Shown here piece after piece: positions 35,238 through 47,200 of a stretch of DNA of 64,000 bases. A program made the position numbers and the translations under genes. Source of the stretch: Squalus acanthias (taxonomy: Eukaryota). Within the stretch, counting starts at the first letter, position 1; every line of letters starts with the position of its first letter. The stretch spans positions 7,564,001 to 7,628,000 of the forward strand of contig CM059453.1 of assembly GCA_030390025.1 (NCBI GenBank), read 5' to 3'. The notes under the pieces were generated by a model, which ran no database searches, was not told the origin of the DNA, and saw nothing but the letters and a program-made list of their open reading frames with translations.

Positions 35238-38200
35238 GTACATTTCTGATGTTTTTTTTACAATTTATGCAAGTGATTTATTTCTTGTGGGAAAGGAACA
35301 GCAAAATAACGAATATGAATGATTTTTTTGTTATTGATTTCAAAACTTGTGAAATCGAATTTCATGATTGTTTAACTTGTGCGTTGTTGTTGTATTATAG
35401 CGTATACAGCCTATTCAAATAATATTTAAATACAGGAAATTTCAAATTATTTTATTGTAATGCACATTTAATAAAATTTACTTCATATTGATTGAGTGAT
35501 TTAAAGGAGATTCAATAGATGTTTAATATTTATTTTTAACAATATTTTAATCTATATTTAATGAGCATTTTTATTGGGCGTTCTCTTACATGTTAATCGA
35601 TATGTATTCGGTTTTTAGATGAGTATTAAAAATGTTTCTTACCGGTTCATAAATCTCCCATCAAATAGGTATTCCTCAGACCATTTCAATTGCTGTTGCG
35701 ATTGGAATGTATTTAGTATTTGTTCCTGATTTTGAAAAGACTTACACTGATATTTTAATTGCTATTGTGAATGGCGATTATTTGTCATTAACAAATTCTT
35801 TAATGGAGGATAAAGATGCTGAAATGCATTTTGAATGGCTAATTCAACGGCGTCTAATTTATTTGTCTCAGTTGTTTTTAGTGCTGAATTCTCTGTGATA
35901 ATACCAAAAGTTGTGTCGGCGGTGGTCAGTTCATGTGCAGAGATCCGGTGTACGTTTGATTCTCCAGACTATCGGAGAATCGCTGATGTGACGTGGTTAA
36001 AGTGGGAACATACTCCTGGTAATCAAGGTTTCTCCATTATCTATGATTCTAAAGATTCATACCGGCAGCATTATAACTATCGTGAAAGAGCTGAGTTCAA
36101 GGGCAACATTGAAAAGAAACAATGTTCCCTCCTGCTAAAGGATATCAGGAAGAGTGATCAGGGTACATACGAATTCAGCATCGAGTTCGCTTCGGAGTCG
36201 TATATAAATGGACCTCGGACACTGCGTGCTGACGTATTTCTTTCTGTTTTAGGTGAGTATTCCATTTGTTCATTTTGTACTTTTTCACTCCGGTGCTTCA
36301 GTATGATTCAACCTATGTGCAAAGTGGGCAAATATTATATTGTCCCTGACCGATCTCAATGGGTAGTTGAAACACAGGGTGCAGGGATACTGATATGGGT
36401 CGCAGCTGTCTGATATCCTAAACACAGAAGTATATTGAAATTACAACAGTAAAACAGGCCGTTCGGCCCAGCCAGTCCGTGTTGCTGTTTGTCCTTCACA
36501 TGAGCAACAGTCCGAATCGCTTGTGTCTGCTCAGTTTCCATATCCCTTTATTGCAATTCCCTTCAAACACCTGTCGAACCTATTCTGAAAATGTCCACAT
36601 GAGGATAGATTAGTACTTGTTGACTGAACCTAAAACTGACGTTGTTGGTCGTACATACAATACATAAACCAGCAGCTCATTATTTCCAATGCAATGAAAG
36701 GTAATGAAACTAGGGCGATTGCTCCAATGGGTGACTTATCTGGAATGAGATTTTGACCAGGGCGGCCACTTCAAATTCTACTTCAGTCTGCTACTATCTC
36801 CTCTGTCCCGTTGCTTAATAAGTTGAAGCACATTTGTCAAATCATCCCAAAGTCTGTTGTCCCTTATAAGATCTGCCCCAATTATTACATACTTTCTTGG
36901 TATTTATACATCCTCATACCAGCCAGATACTATGCGAATCCGCCCTAAATCCTTCCTATAGACTGGAGCCCAATACCCGCATTTTTACTCCAACTGTGAA
37001 CTAACTACTGTTCTCATTAGAATCTTCACTGTTCTCGAATTTATATTATTGATCTCTTTCCATTAAACCCAGAGCTCCAGAAACATCTTCATACACTTTC
37101 CCACTGGAGGTGCTGCTTTTACTGTCTTATGAACCTGACCCCAAATTCCTCTGCTCTTCCACATCTCCAAGCTTCCTACGGTTGAAATTAACATCTACCA
37201 TGTCATATTTTCTGTACTTGAATTATATCTGCCTCTTATGTACCCATTCTACTATATCTCCAGTATCCATTTGTTACTCCCTTTAGTTCTTTAGTTATCT
37301 GCTGGGAGTTGTACTTGCAAAGTTGGCATGGGTGCCAAACTGGCGACATTGAATGCGCCTCTCATTATACACCCTGCTCAATTTTCATTTTGATTGAATC
37401 CAATTAATTTCTGCCGGGAAATTTTGACTTCACTCTCTTTAGCGCCTTCTCCAAATTATTGATGCCCACAGTTAGTTGGAGCAATCCCACAACCCTGTGG
37501 GACACCGTCCTCGGATCCAACCATTCTGAGCAACTGTGCTTAACGGTGACTCGCTGCATCGTCCCTTCTAAACAGTTGGATTGCAATTTCTACATTATCC
37601 TTAATTGCAAACATCTTAATATCTTCTCCAATAATCTCCTGTATTTACCGTCGGCAGTGGCTGCTTGATTACATTTCAAGTTACTTTTTGGTGAAGCGCC
37701 TTCTGAGGTCGCGAGGAATTAAAAAGCGTTGAATTAATTCAGTCCATTTTCGTGCTTTTGCCTATCCAGCGCTCATTTACCCGCGTTTCATTAGATCTTA
37801 AATAAAAAGCAGATAATTCAGTAACGTGAAAATCAGTTCAAGTTATAATTTATTTGTTCATTCTAATCCCACGGCTACAAATGATATTTCTGCTGAAGCC
37901 TTCTTCGGATTTACACACGAGGAACCTGCTCTGTTTCTCCCACACACGGTGGTGTTACCCGTCGTGTTTCTGATCTGTCCATGTCTTGAGCATTATAGTT
38001 CTATATCGAGATCTCTCCGCATCTGCATTAATCACCATCACAAAGGTCAGTGCTGGTGCAGAACGAAGCATAGGAGAGGATGTAATATTTGTGACATTTG
38101 AGGAGTTAACGTTGATTCTAAGTCCAGCGTGCGAAATTGGTTCACTGATCTACAACTATCATATCCATGATATAAATAATTTAGGAGAAAACACGACTAA

Positions 38201-41200
38201 AGTTTAACATAAGTGGGAACATATGTTACCCGATGAGCCATAAAACTGCATTACAACTGCGAGGAGTAATTCAGAGTGCTGAACACACTTGCAACACGTA
38301 GCAGACAAAAAGGAACTAAATGTAATTTTCATTTCACCTCCTTCTCAGATTTAGCTGGAAGCCAACACTCGCCCGTTCTAACGTTGAAATGTACCTAACA
38401 CGCTGGTTTTCTCCCGTTTTAATAGAAACGCCACGTATTTCAAGCTATGGCGAACAGATCGCTGGAAAAACTGCACGATTCACCTGTTCCATCACACACA
38501 ACTGCCCGAATGGCAACCTGCAACTGAGGTGGATTAATTACAATGAGTCCCTTCCTCTTCCGTGGGATACACAAGGAGGAGCAGGAATGATCAAAGAACA
38601 TTCAGATTCTCGGACAGTTTCATCCGTGCTGACCGTCACTCTATCATCTGCTCATGACGGGAAAATTCTGGGATGCACAATTCTAATTGATGGTATCCCA
38701 ACTCCTTCAGCACAAAATCTTACCTTGGAGATTAAATGTAAGTGTCCGGTCTAAAGTAAACAGACTTATCCTGTTGGCCAACGGGCTCAAAATTTGCACT
38801 TTTACCACAAGTAATTTATTAGGGGTTAGAACTGCATCAAGAATGCATCATGAAAAACTCAGCCTCTGTAGCAGGAGAGCTCACTTCGATAATCAAAGGT
38901 TCGGAATGGCTCACATCTAAATCTTGTCAGTCATATTACATTAGAAACATTCATATCCATGAACCAATGATGGTGCCTCCAATAGATGTTTTAATGTGAT
39001 TGTTAATCTTTATTCTATGAACTTCCAGTCAGGTTCTGAGATTAGTCAGTCATAAATGGAAGCAACAAAGTCCATGCCGAGTTAAGATCTGATGCTATGG
39101 CATCAGATCTCAGCTCTGGTTGGGCTTAATAAGAATTTAAGAATTAGGGAAAGGAGTAGGCCATACGGCCCTTCGAGCCTGCACTGCCACTCCGGCAATG
39201 CTGGCTGATCATCGAACTCAACTCCAATTTCCCGCCCGATCCCCATACCCAATATAATGAATTAATTAGGAGCTCAATAATGCTTATTCGACAATCACGT
39301 TTTGCGTTAACGCCTGTTTCAGATGGAGTGGAAATCCCTACCGTCAACTCCTCTATAGTAGCTGTGGAAGGAAGTTCATTATTATTATACTGCACAGCCT
39401 GGGGAAAACCCCTGGTAAGTTTAAGATGGGTGAAAAATTGTGAAGAGATGAGCAGGTCTTCCACTGGTGAACTAAAGCTGATATTGCGCAACATTCGTTC
39501 TGAGGATGACGGTGAATATTGGTGCATAGCGGAAAATACCCTGGTTACATCAAACCGGTCCACACAAGTTATTGTACAATGTAAGTATGTATTAATTTGT
39601 CAATTAGATAGTAGCCTTTCATTTGACGAACTGTGGATTAAATTCCAATTGTCTCTTGCCTGCTTGCTGGAAGGCACCCATGTGCATGAGTTTGGGATAG
39701 TTTCACCCCTTTCCGAGGCAATATCAGCAAACTGCCTCGATGGCTCCAATAATGGAAACTAACCTGGCATCTCGCTCAGTATGACAGGAGTGGAATATGG
39801 CACAATGTCTCATAAATGCAGCAGGTCTTACATTTAAGAGGGTAAGATACAAGCACATTTTCTGGGACCTTTAATCTACAACTAATTGTTCATAAGTTAT
39901 ACTCGTCGTCTGAAATAAACAATTTCCCAATCCTTAGAACTGACTGGCAGCAATTTGATGAGTACAAATTCTTTCCAAAAAAAGTGTAATAAAATGGTGT
40001 TAAGCCAACTCCTGTTACTTGTACTAATGTTGAGTTAATAGTGTAATATTCTCGCGACTTGGTTCTTTGAATTGTCGCCTTGTGAGCCGGACGTTTATTG
40101 AAGAATCACGTCAGTCCACCACAAATGAAGATGTTTAAAACAGTACACAAAGAGAAGACATTGAAATAAATTGACCTTTTAAAACAGTGACGGGTGAGAC
40201 ACGTTTGTGCGTATATTATACATAATCAAATCGCTGAGCTAGCTCCGTCTGAGGGTCCCTCACAACATCTGTCAGGAGATGTATTGATGGACTGAACACT
40301 CATTGGATTTAATTTGGAATTGTTCCTAACGAGCTCACCTGTTATAAGTGAAAATAGAATAAGCCATCAACTGGTACAACATAGGCTGCTTCATTTTAAA
40401 ATATAACAACCAGAACTATGATGGTTAGTTCAACTCATTACTTAATTGTATTTCGACACTGCAACTGTTTACTTGATCATTTCCTATTGAAGTTTCCATT
40501 TTTTTTTAGATAAACCCACAATTTTAGCAGGCCCGACATGCACCAGCTCTGAGAATTGGACGGATTGTAGCTGCCGGATCAGAGCCAATCCCCCGGGAAA
40601 CATGACGTGGGACCTCAATGGGAGAAGCCTCACTGGGGAAAGGTCAGACGTGGAAATCACCTCCTGGGCGGCGAATAGTCACCTCATGGAGAGCTCCCTG
40701 AGATTGACTCACCCAACCGGAACCGGCAACCTGATCTCATGTGTTGCAGCAAACGAGCACGGTGATTCTGTCAGTAAATACCAGCTCCACTCGAAGGGTA
40801 CGTGTTTAATTTATCTTTAATCTAATACTATAAGGGAGTTGGTCCATCATGGTCAGTCACTAACTGAACGGTGTTAGTGTCAGCAAATAACTGCTCCATT
40901 CAGCAGGTCCATACTGAATCTCTCTCGAATTAGTGTAAGGACCTCTTTCCATCAGTGGTCAATCTCCACTGAAAAGTGTGCTCGGCAATATTCATTTTAA
41001 CTTTCAGTCTTCTGAAACTTGTTCGGTTTATATTTTGAAGATAAGATGGAATTATCTACGCACCAGAAGTAGCCAGTGATCTTGGAAAACAAATTCTTCT
41101 GAATTATGTTAATATTTTTAGAAAATCCAAATTGCTCTCAATACATGATATCAAACCGCAATCTACCCTTTTGTAGATACATTCTTAGGTCTATCTTGTT

Positions 41201-44200
41201 CAGACTTATTTTGGTATGTAGAACCGATATTCAATAACCGAAACTAAATTGAATTATCGCTATCGATTGTAAATCTTACCGCTGTAACTGGTGACCTTGG
41301 CGGGCCTGTATTCCGATCAGATTAAGCCCACTGTTTTTTCTAGGGTGGGTTGTGGAGTGACCTTCATTTTACAATTTAGATTTTTTCATCAGTGAATCTT
41401 AATTTGTTAATTCCAATTTACGCCAGGCCGCATTACATGAATAAAATGCTTTTACGCAAGGATCATCAGGTTGAGACAAGTGGAATACATAATTTACCAT
41501 TAGCTTTGTGATCCAAACATGAAGGAAACTTGCTTTCTCACACTCATAAATGTGCTTCCAAGATTGTTGTTTAATCCCAAATTCCTAATATCGAGCAATG
41601 TTATCCGACATTTTAGGAATATTCTCCTGGACAATCCTCCTCATAATAGGAGGAGGAGCCATTGGGCTTCTTATTCTAATTGCAGTCGTGATCACGGTGA
41701 AGATAAAAAGGTAGGTGTGATTATTAATTATACAGAATTAAGGTTCAAAGGAAACCTGCATCAGAACGTCCGTGTATCAAAATCTCCTTTAAATTAAACT
41801 CCCGTGAGTACAGTGGGCATCAGCCTAAACTGATGCGTAAAGTAGGTAGGTCAGTCATTCCAGACCAGTCGCTCGCATCTCCAAGCATCAAATACAGAGT
41901 AATATTAGTGGCTGCTTGAATCAGGCTGTCTGTACATTATTCCTGTTATGTTATTGGGGTCTGTTTCCTTCTGTTTAAAGGGGACATTTCTGGACTTCTG
42001 ATCGCTGGCGCTCTGTGTGCCAGGGAGTGTTTACGCTTCCCGTGCAATCTTGATAAAGTTTTCATCAGGCTCAAAGAAAGGGCATACAAGCCCTTTCAGT
42101 TTGTTTCTGTTGCTACTTTTATGGGGCACCCTCAGACGAGCCTCCTTGTCATGACTGACTCTCAGCATAACACTACACCAGATTGACACTTAAGTTATAT
42201 CAATCAAGCTAATCCAGCAAACAGTAAACCAACAAGCAAACAGTAAAATTAACGTGTCACATACGTTTACAGTCGTTGTTAAGTTGTTTCGCTCAAGGAG
42301 TAGAACATTATATTTCAAAATTGGGTGTGACTGATGTGCTAAAGTATGATATAAGCAGTTATTTATGTTGCGCTTGTTATCTTATTCTTCCCAGTGATTT
42401 AAGCTATTTCGTCTGACTAGCTTTCTTTCAAAGCTCTAGACAGACTCGCTGCTTTTAATAGACAGGCTGATAATTACATTCTGAATTGTGACCGGCTCCA
42501 ACTGAATTCAAATAACACCCAATCAGGTTTACAATCTGCTGCCAATCAAATTTATCCTTCAACCAATCGGACAGGATGTGTACAATTGAAATCTATGACG
42601 CCGCCCCTCAACAGACAATGTTTCGACAACAACCGCAACAGCATGAGCCAGAACACTCTTTTAGCTTTTAATCCTTCATGTACCATGAAATATTTAATGA
42701 AGGCAATTCCATGCTTAATAATATCAACTAATCAATGATCGCAAAAAGATTGATGAGGAATATTGATGTATTCCTAATTTCTAACTCCAATGTGTTGAAG
42801 TGGTCTACCTAATAATAGAAAGGACTGCGTTGACACATTGAAACACTTCCATCTGCTATTTACCCAGTTTGAAATCATTAATAAACCTCCCACTGACCGT
42901 TATTTATCACACTCAACTTTCAGCTAGCGCAATCAGCACAGTATCATTAACACCAATCATAGATAAATTAAAATGTACCCTTTTGAAATGTTGGCTGGTG
43001 GAAATTGAAACGAATTGGGTTGCGGATCTGGTCTGTGCTTTTTGGGAGAAGTAAAAGACACAAGGTGCCAAATAAAAGGTTATTACATAAGATTAGGGCT
43101 CATGCGGTTGGGGGTTATATAGTTGCATGGATAGAGGATTGGTTAACAGACAGAAAACAGTGTAGGTATAAACGGATCTTTTTCAGGTTGGCAGGCTGCA
43201 ACTTGTAGGTTGCCGCAATGATCAGTGTTGGGGCCCCAGCTATTTACAATCCATATTAATGATCTAGATGAAGAGACCGAGTGTAATGTATCCAATTTTT
43301 TTGATGATACAAAACTAGGTGGGACAGTAAGCTGAGAGGAGAACACAAAGCCTCTGCTAAGGGATATAGATAGACTAAGTGAGTGGGCAGTAAGGTGGCA
43401 GATGGAGAATAATGTAGGGAAATGTGAAGTCATTCACTTTGGTAGGAAGAATAGCAAAACAGAATATTTTTTATTTGGTGAGAAACTTTCAAATGTTGGT
43501 GTTCAGGAAGATTTGGGTGTCCTCGTGCAAGAAACACAGAAAACTAGCATGCAGGTACAGCAAGCAATAAGGAAGGCAAATGGCATGTTGGCCTTTATTG
43601 CAAGGGGGTTGGAGTGTCAGATTAAGGACGTTTTGCTACAATTGTACAGGGCCTTGGTGAGACCACACCTAGAGTACTGTGCACAGTTGTGGTCTCCTTA
43701 TCAAAGGAAGGATATATTTGCATTGGAGGCGTGCAACGAAGGTTCACTAGATTGATTCCTGGGATGAGAGGGTTGTCTTACGATGACAGATTGTGAAGAA
43801 TGGGCCTATATTATCTGGAGTTTAGAAGAATGAGAGGTGATCTCTTTGAAGCAGACAAGATTCTGAAGAGGATTGACAGGGTAGATGCTGACAGGCTGTT
43901 TCTCCTGGCTGGAGTCTCTAGAAATAGGGGGCATAGTCTCAGGATAAGGGGTAGGCCATTTAAGACGGAGATGAGGAGTAATTTCTTCGCTCAGAGGGTT
44001 GTGAATCTTTGGAGTTCTTTGCCCCAGAGGCCTGTGAATGCAGAGTTTTGGATTATATTCAAGGCTGAGATAGATAGATTTTTGGACTCTTGGGGAATCA
44101 AGGGATATGGAGATTGGGCGGGAAATTGGAGTTGAGTTCGAAGATCAGCCATGATCTTATTGAATGGCGGAAAACTCTAGAGGGGCCGTATGGCCGACTC

Positions 44201-47200
44201 CTGCTCCTATTTCTTATTTCTTATGTTCTTAATTCTTTCCTGTCCCCCTCACGTCCTTCATCGCGCAGGCGCAATGTGCTTCCACTAAACATTCCAGTTA
44301 ATTAAGGGAAGTGCCTCATTTGCATTTGTTATTAATCAGGAAGAAACATGGAGAAGCTGCACGTGTCTCCGACGCACACGATGATTTGGTGATTTACAGT
44401 ACGGTGCAGAAGGCACTAAACGATGACGTAAGTGATGCCAAGCTGGGCTGACAATTGTAGGATGTTTGGTGTGCTTTCAACCGGCAAGTGACCAATAAAG
44501 GTCAATACCCAACAGATAAACGGGAGTTACAGAAACTTGTTGGCCTTTAATGGAGGATTAACCACCTCACGTCGCGAAGAGTGCAACAGAGCTACAGACT
44601 CTACATTAAGTGACCTACTAAATACAATTAGAATGTATTTCTCACCTTGGCGTTCCTTCTCAAAGCTAATTATTTCTATAAGAATGCGTTTCCAATGTTA
44701 TCTTACCTCCTACCAATTAGGTTTCACGTGTTAAATGTCCAACACGATCACAAAGTGTTGGCGACACAGAGGGGATAAACATTTTACTTCCTCAGGTGCA
44801 ACTCCGAATTGCATCTTGCTGCCGATGTGCTCCCCATGTTCCTCACATTTCATTCAGAAGGTTGTGGCTTCAAGCTTCGCTCCAGCATTTGAATCTATAA
44901 TCTGGGCTGAAACTTCATTTCAAAACTGAAGGAGTGCAACATTGCCTGAAGTCCCGTTCTTTCGATTAGATGTTAAACGAGGCCCCGTTTGTTTCCTGCT
45001 ATGGAGGGAAACGATCTTATGTTGCTACTGTGTTGTCGGTTGAGAGTCTTCCCAGTGCCCTTGCAAACATTTCTCCCTCAATGAACACCAGCTAAAACTG
45101 ATTAATTCGCCATTCATCCCATTAACTGGTTGTTGCATTTTTTCTGCAACAGCGGCAAGAATTCAAAATTTATTATTTGCAAAGCATCGATTCGGTCTTA
45201 ATAATCACAGAATCAAGCAGCCCAGAATGAGGCCATTCAGCCCATGGTGCCTGTGCTGGCTGTATGAAAGAGCTAAATAATTAGTCACACTACACTGATT
45301 TTGCCCTTAGCCCTGATTTAATTTTTTTTTCATATTCACGCATATATCCATTTCCCTTTTGAAAGTCACTATTGAATCTGCTGCCACCGCCATAGAGGCA
45401 CCTCATTCCAAATCAAAACAACTCGCTGAGCTAAAAAAAAAATCTCACCTCACATTTGGTTCTTGTCCCAAATATCTTCAATCTGTGTCCATTGGTTAGC
45501 TACGCTCCTGCCAGTGGAAACAATTTCTCCTAAATTTTGTGTCAAAATTCTGCAGAATTTTGATCACCAATATCTAATCTCCCTTTAACATTCTCTAGAC
45601 TAAGCAGAACAATCCCAGTTTCCCTGGACTCTCCGTTTAAGTGCAGTCCCTCATTCCTCCATTAATTCTAGCAAATTTGCTCTGTACCCTCTCTAAGGCA
45701 TTGACATCGTTTTGACAGTGTAATGCACAGAATTGGACGAAATACATCAGCCGAGGCCCAACAACTGATGTATAAAGGTTCAGCGTATTTTCCTTGTTTC
45801 CATAATCTGTACCTCAATTTATAAAAACCCGGATCACGTATGTTATTTAGAAGCCTTAGAATTATTTTACGGCACAGAAGGCGGCCATTCGGCCCGTTGT
45901 ACCTGTGCCGGCTCTTTGAAAGATGTTTCCAATATAATCCCACACCCAAGCGATATCGACTCGTACGGATATACAATTGCATTTTCTTTATTTCTTATAG
46001 AATCATAGAATAATAGAAGATAGGCGCAGGAGTAGGCCATTCGGCACCTCTAGCCTGCTCCACCATTCAATGTGATCATGGCTGATCATCCAAATTCACT
46101 ACCCTGTCCCTGCTTTCTCCCCATATCCCTTGATCCCTTTAGCCTTAAGAAATATATCCAACACCTTCTTGAATCTATTTAATGAATTGGCCTCTACTGC
46201 CTTCTGTGGCAGAGAATTCCACAGGTTCACCACTCTCTGGGTGAAGAAATTCCTCCTCATTTCTGTCCTAAACGGCTTACCCCTTATCCTTCGACTGTGG
46301 CCCCTGGTTCTGGTCTCCCCGACCATTGGGAACATCCTTCCTGCATCTAGTTTGTCCTGTCCTGTCAGAATGTTATAAGTTTCAATGAGATCCCCTCTCA
46401 TTCTTCTTAACTCCAGCGAGTATAAGCCCAATCGACCCAATCTCTCTTCATACGTCATTCCTGCCATCCCAGGTATCAGCCTTGTGAAACTTCGCTGAAC
46501 TCCTTCCATGGCAAGAACATCCTTCCTCAGATAAGGCGAACAAAACTGCACACATTACTCAAGGTGTGGTCGCACCAAGGCCCGGTACAACTGCAGCAAG
46601 ACATCCTTGTTCCTGTACTCAAACCCTCTCGCTATGAAGGCCAACATACCATTTGCCTTCTTAACCGCCTGCTGCACCTGCATGCTTACCTTCAGCGACT
46701 GGTGCACAAGGACACCCAGATCTCGTTGCACTTCCCCTTCTCCCAATCTATTGCCATTCTGATAATAAACTGCCTTTCTGTTTTTAACACCAAAGTTGAT
46801 AACCTCGCATTTATCCACGTTATATTGCATCTGCCACGCTTCTGCCCAATCACCCAACCTGTCCAAATCATCCTGGAGTTTCTCGGCATCCTCCTCGCAG
46901 CACACACGCCCACCCAGTTTTGTGTCGTCTGCAAACTTGAAGATATTACATCTAGTTCCCTTGTCTAGATCATTAATATATATTGTGAATAGCTGGGGTC
47001 CAAGGACCGTTCCCTGTGGTACCCCACTAGTCACTGCCTGCCACTCGGAAAAAGACCCGTTTATTGCAACTCTTTGCTTTCTGTCTGCCAACCAGTTCTC
47101 TATCCAAGTCAATACCTTGCCCCCAATCCCATGTGCCTTAACTTTACACGCTAATCTCTTATGCGGGACCTTATCAAAAGACTTTTGGAAGTCCAAATAC

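Larger units (their letters stand above)
1145..38738 (+). repeat. Tandem segmental duplication unit 1 (~37.6 kb)
   Basis: Colinear similarity of exons, introns and old repeats between 1145-~26850 and 38739-64000. Confidence 0.92.
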
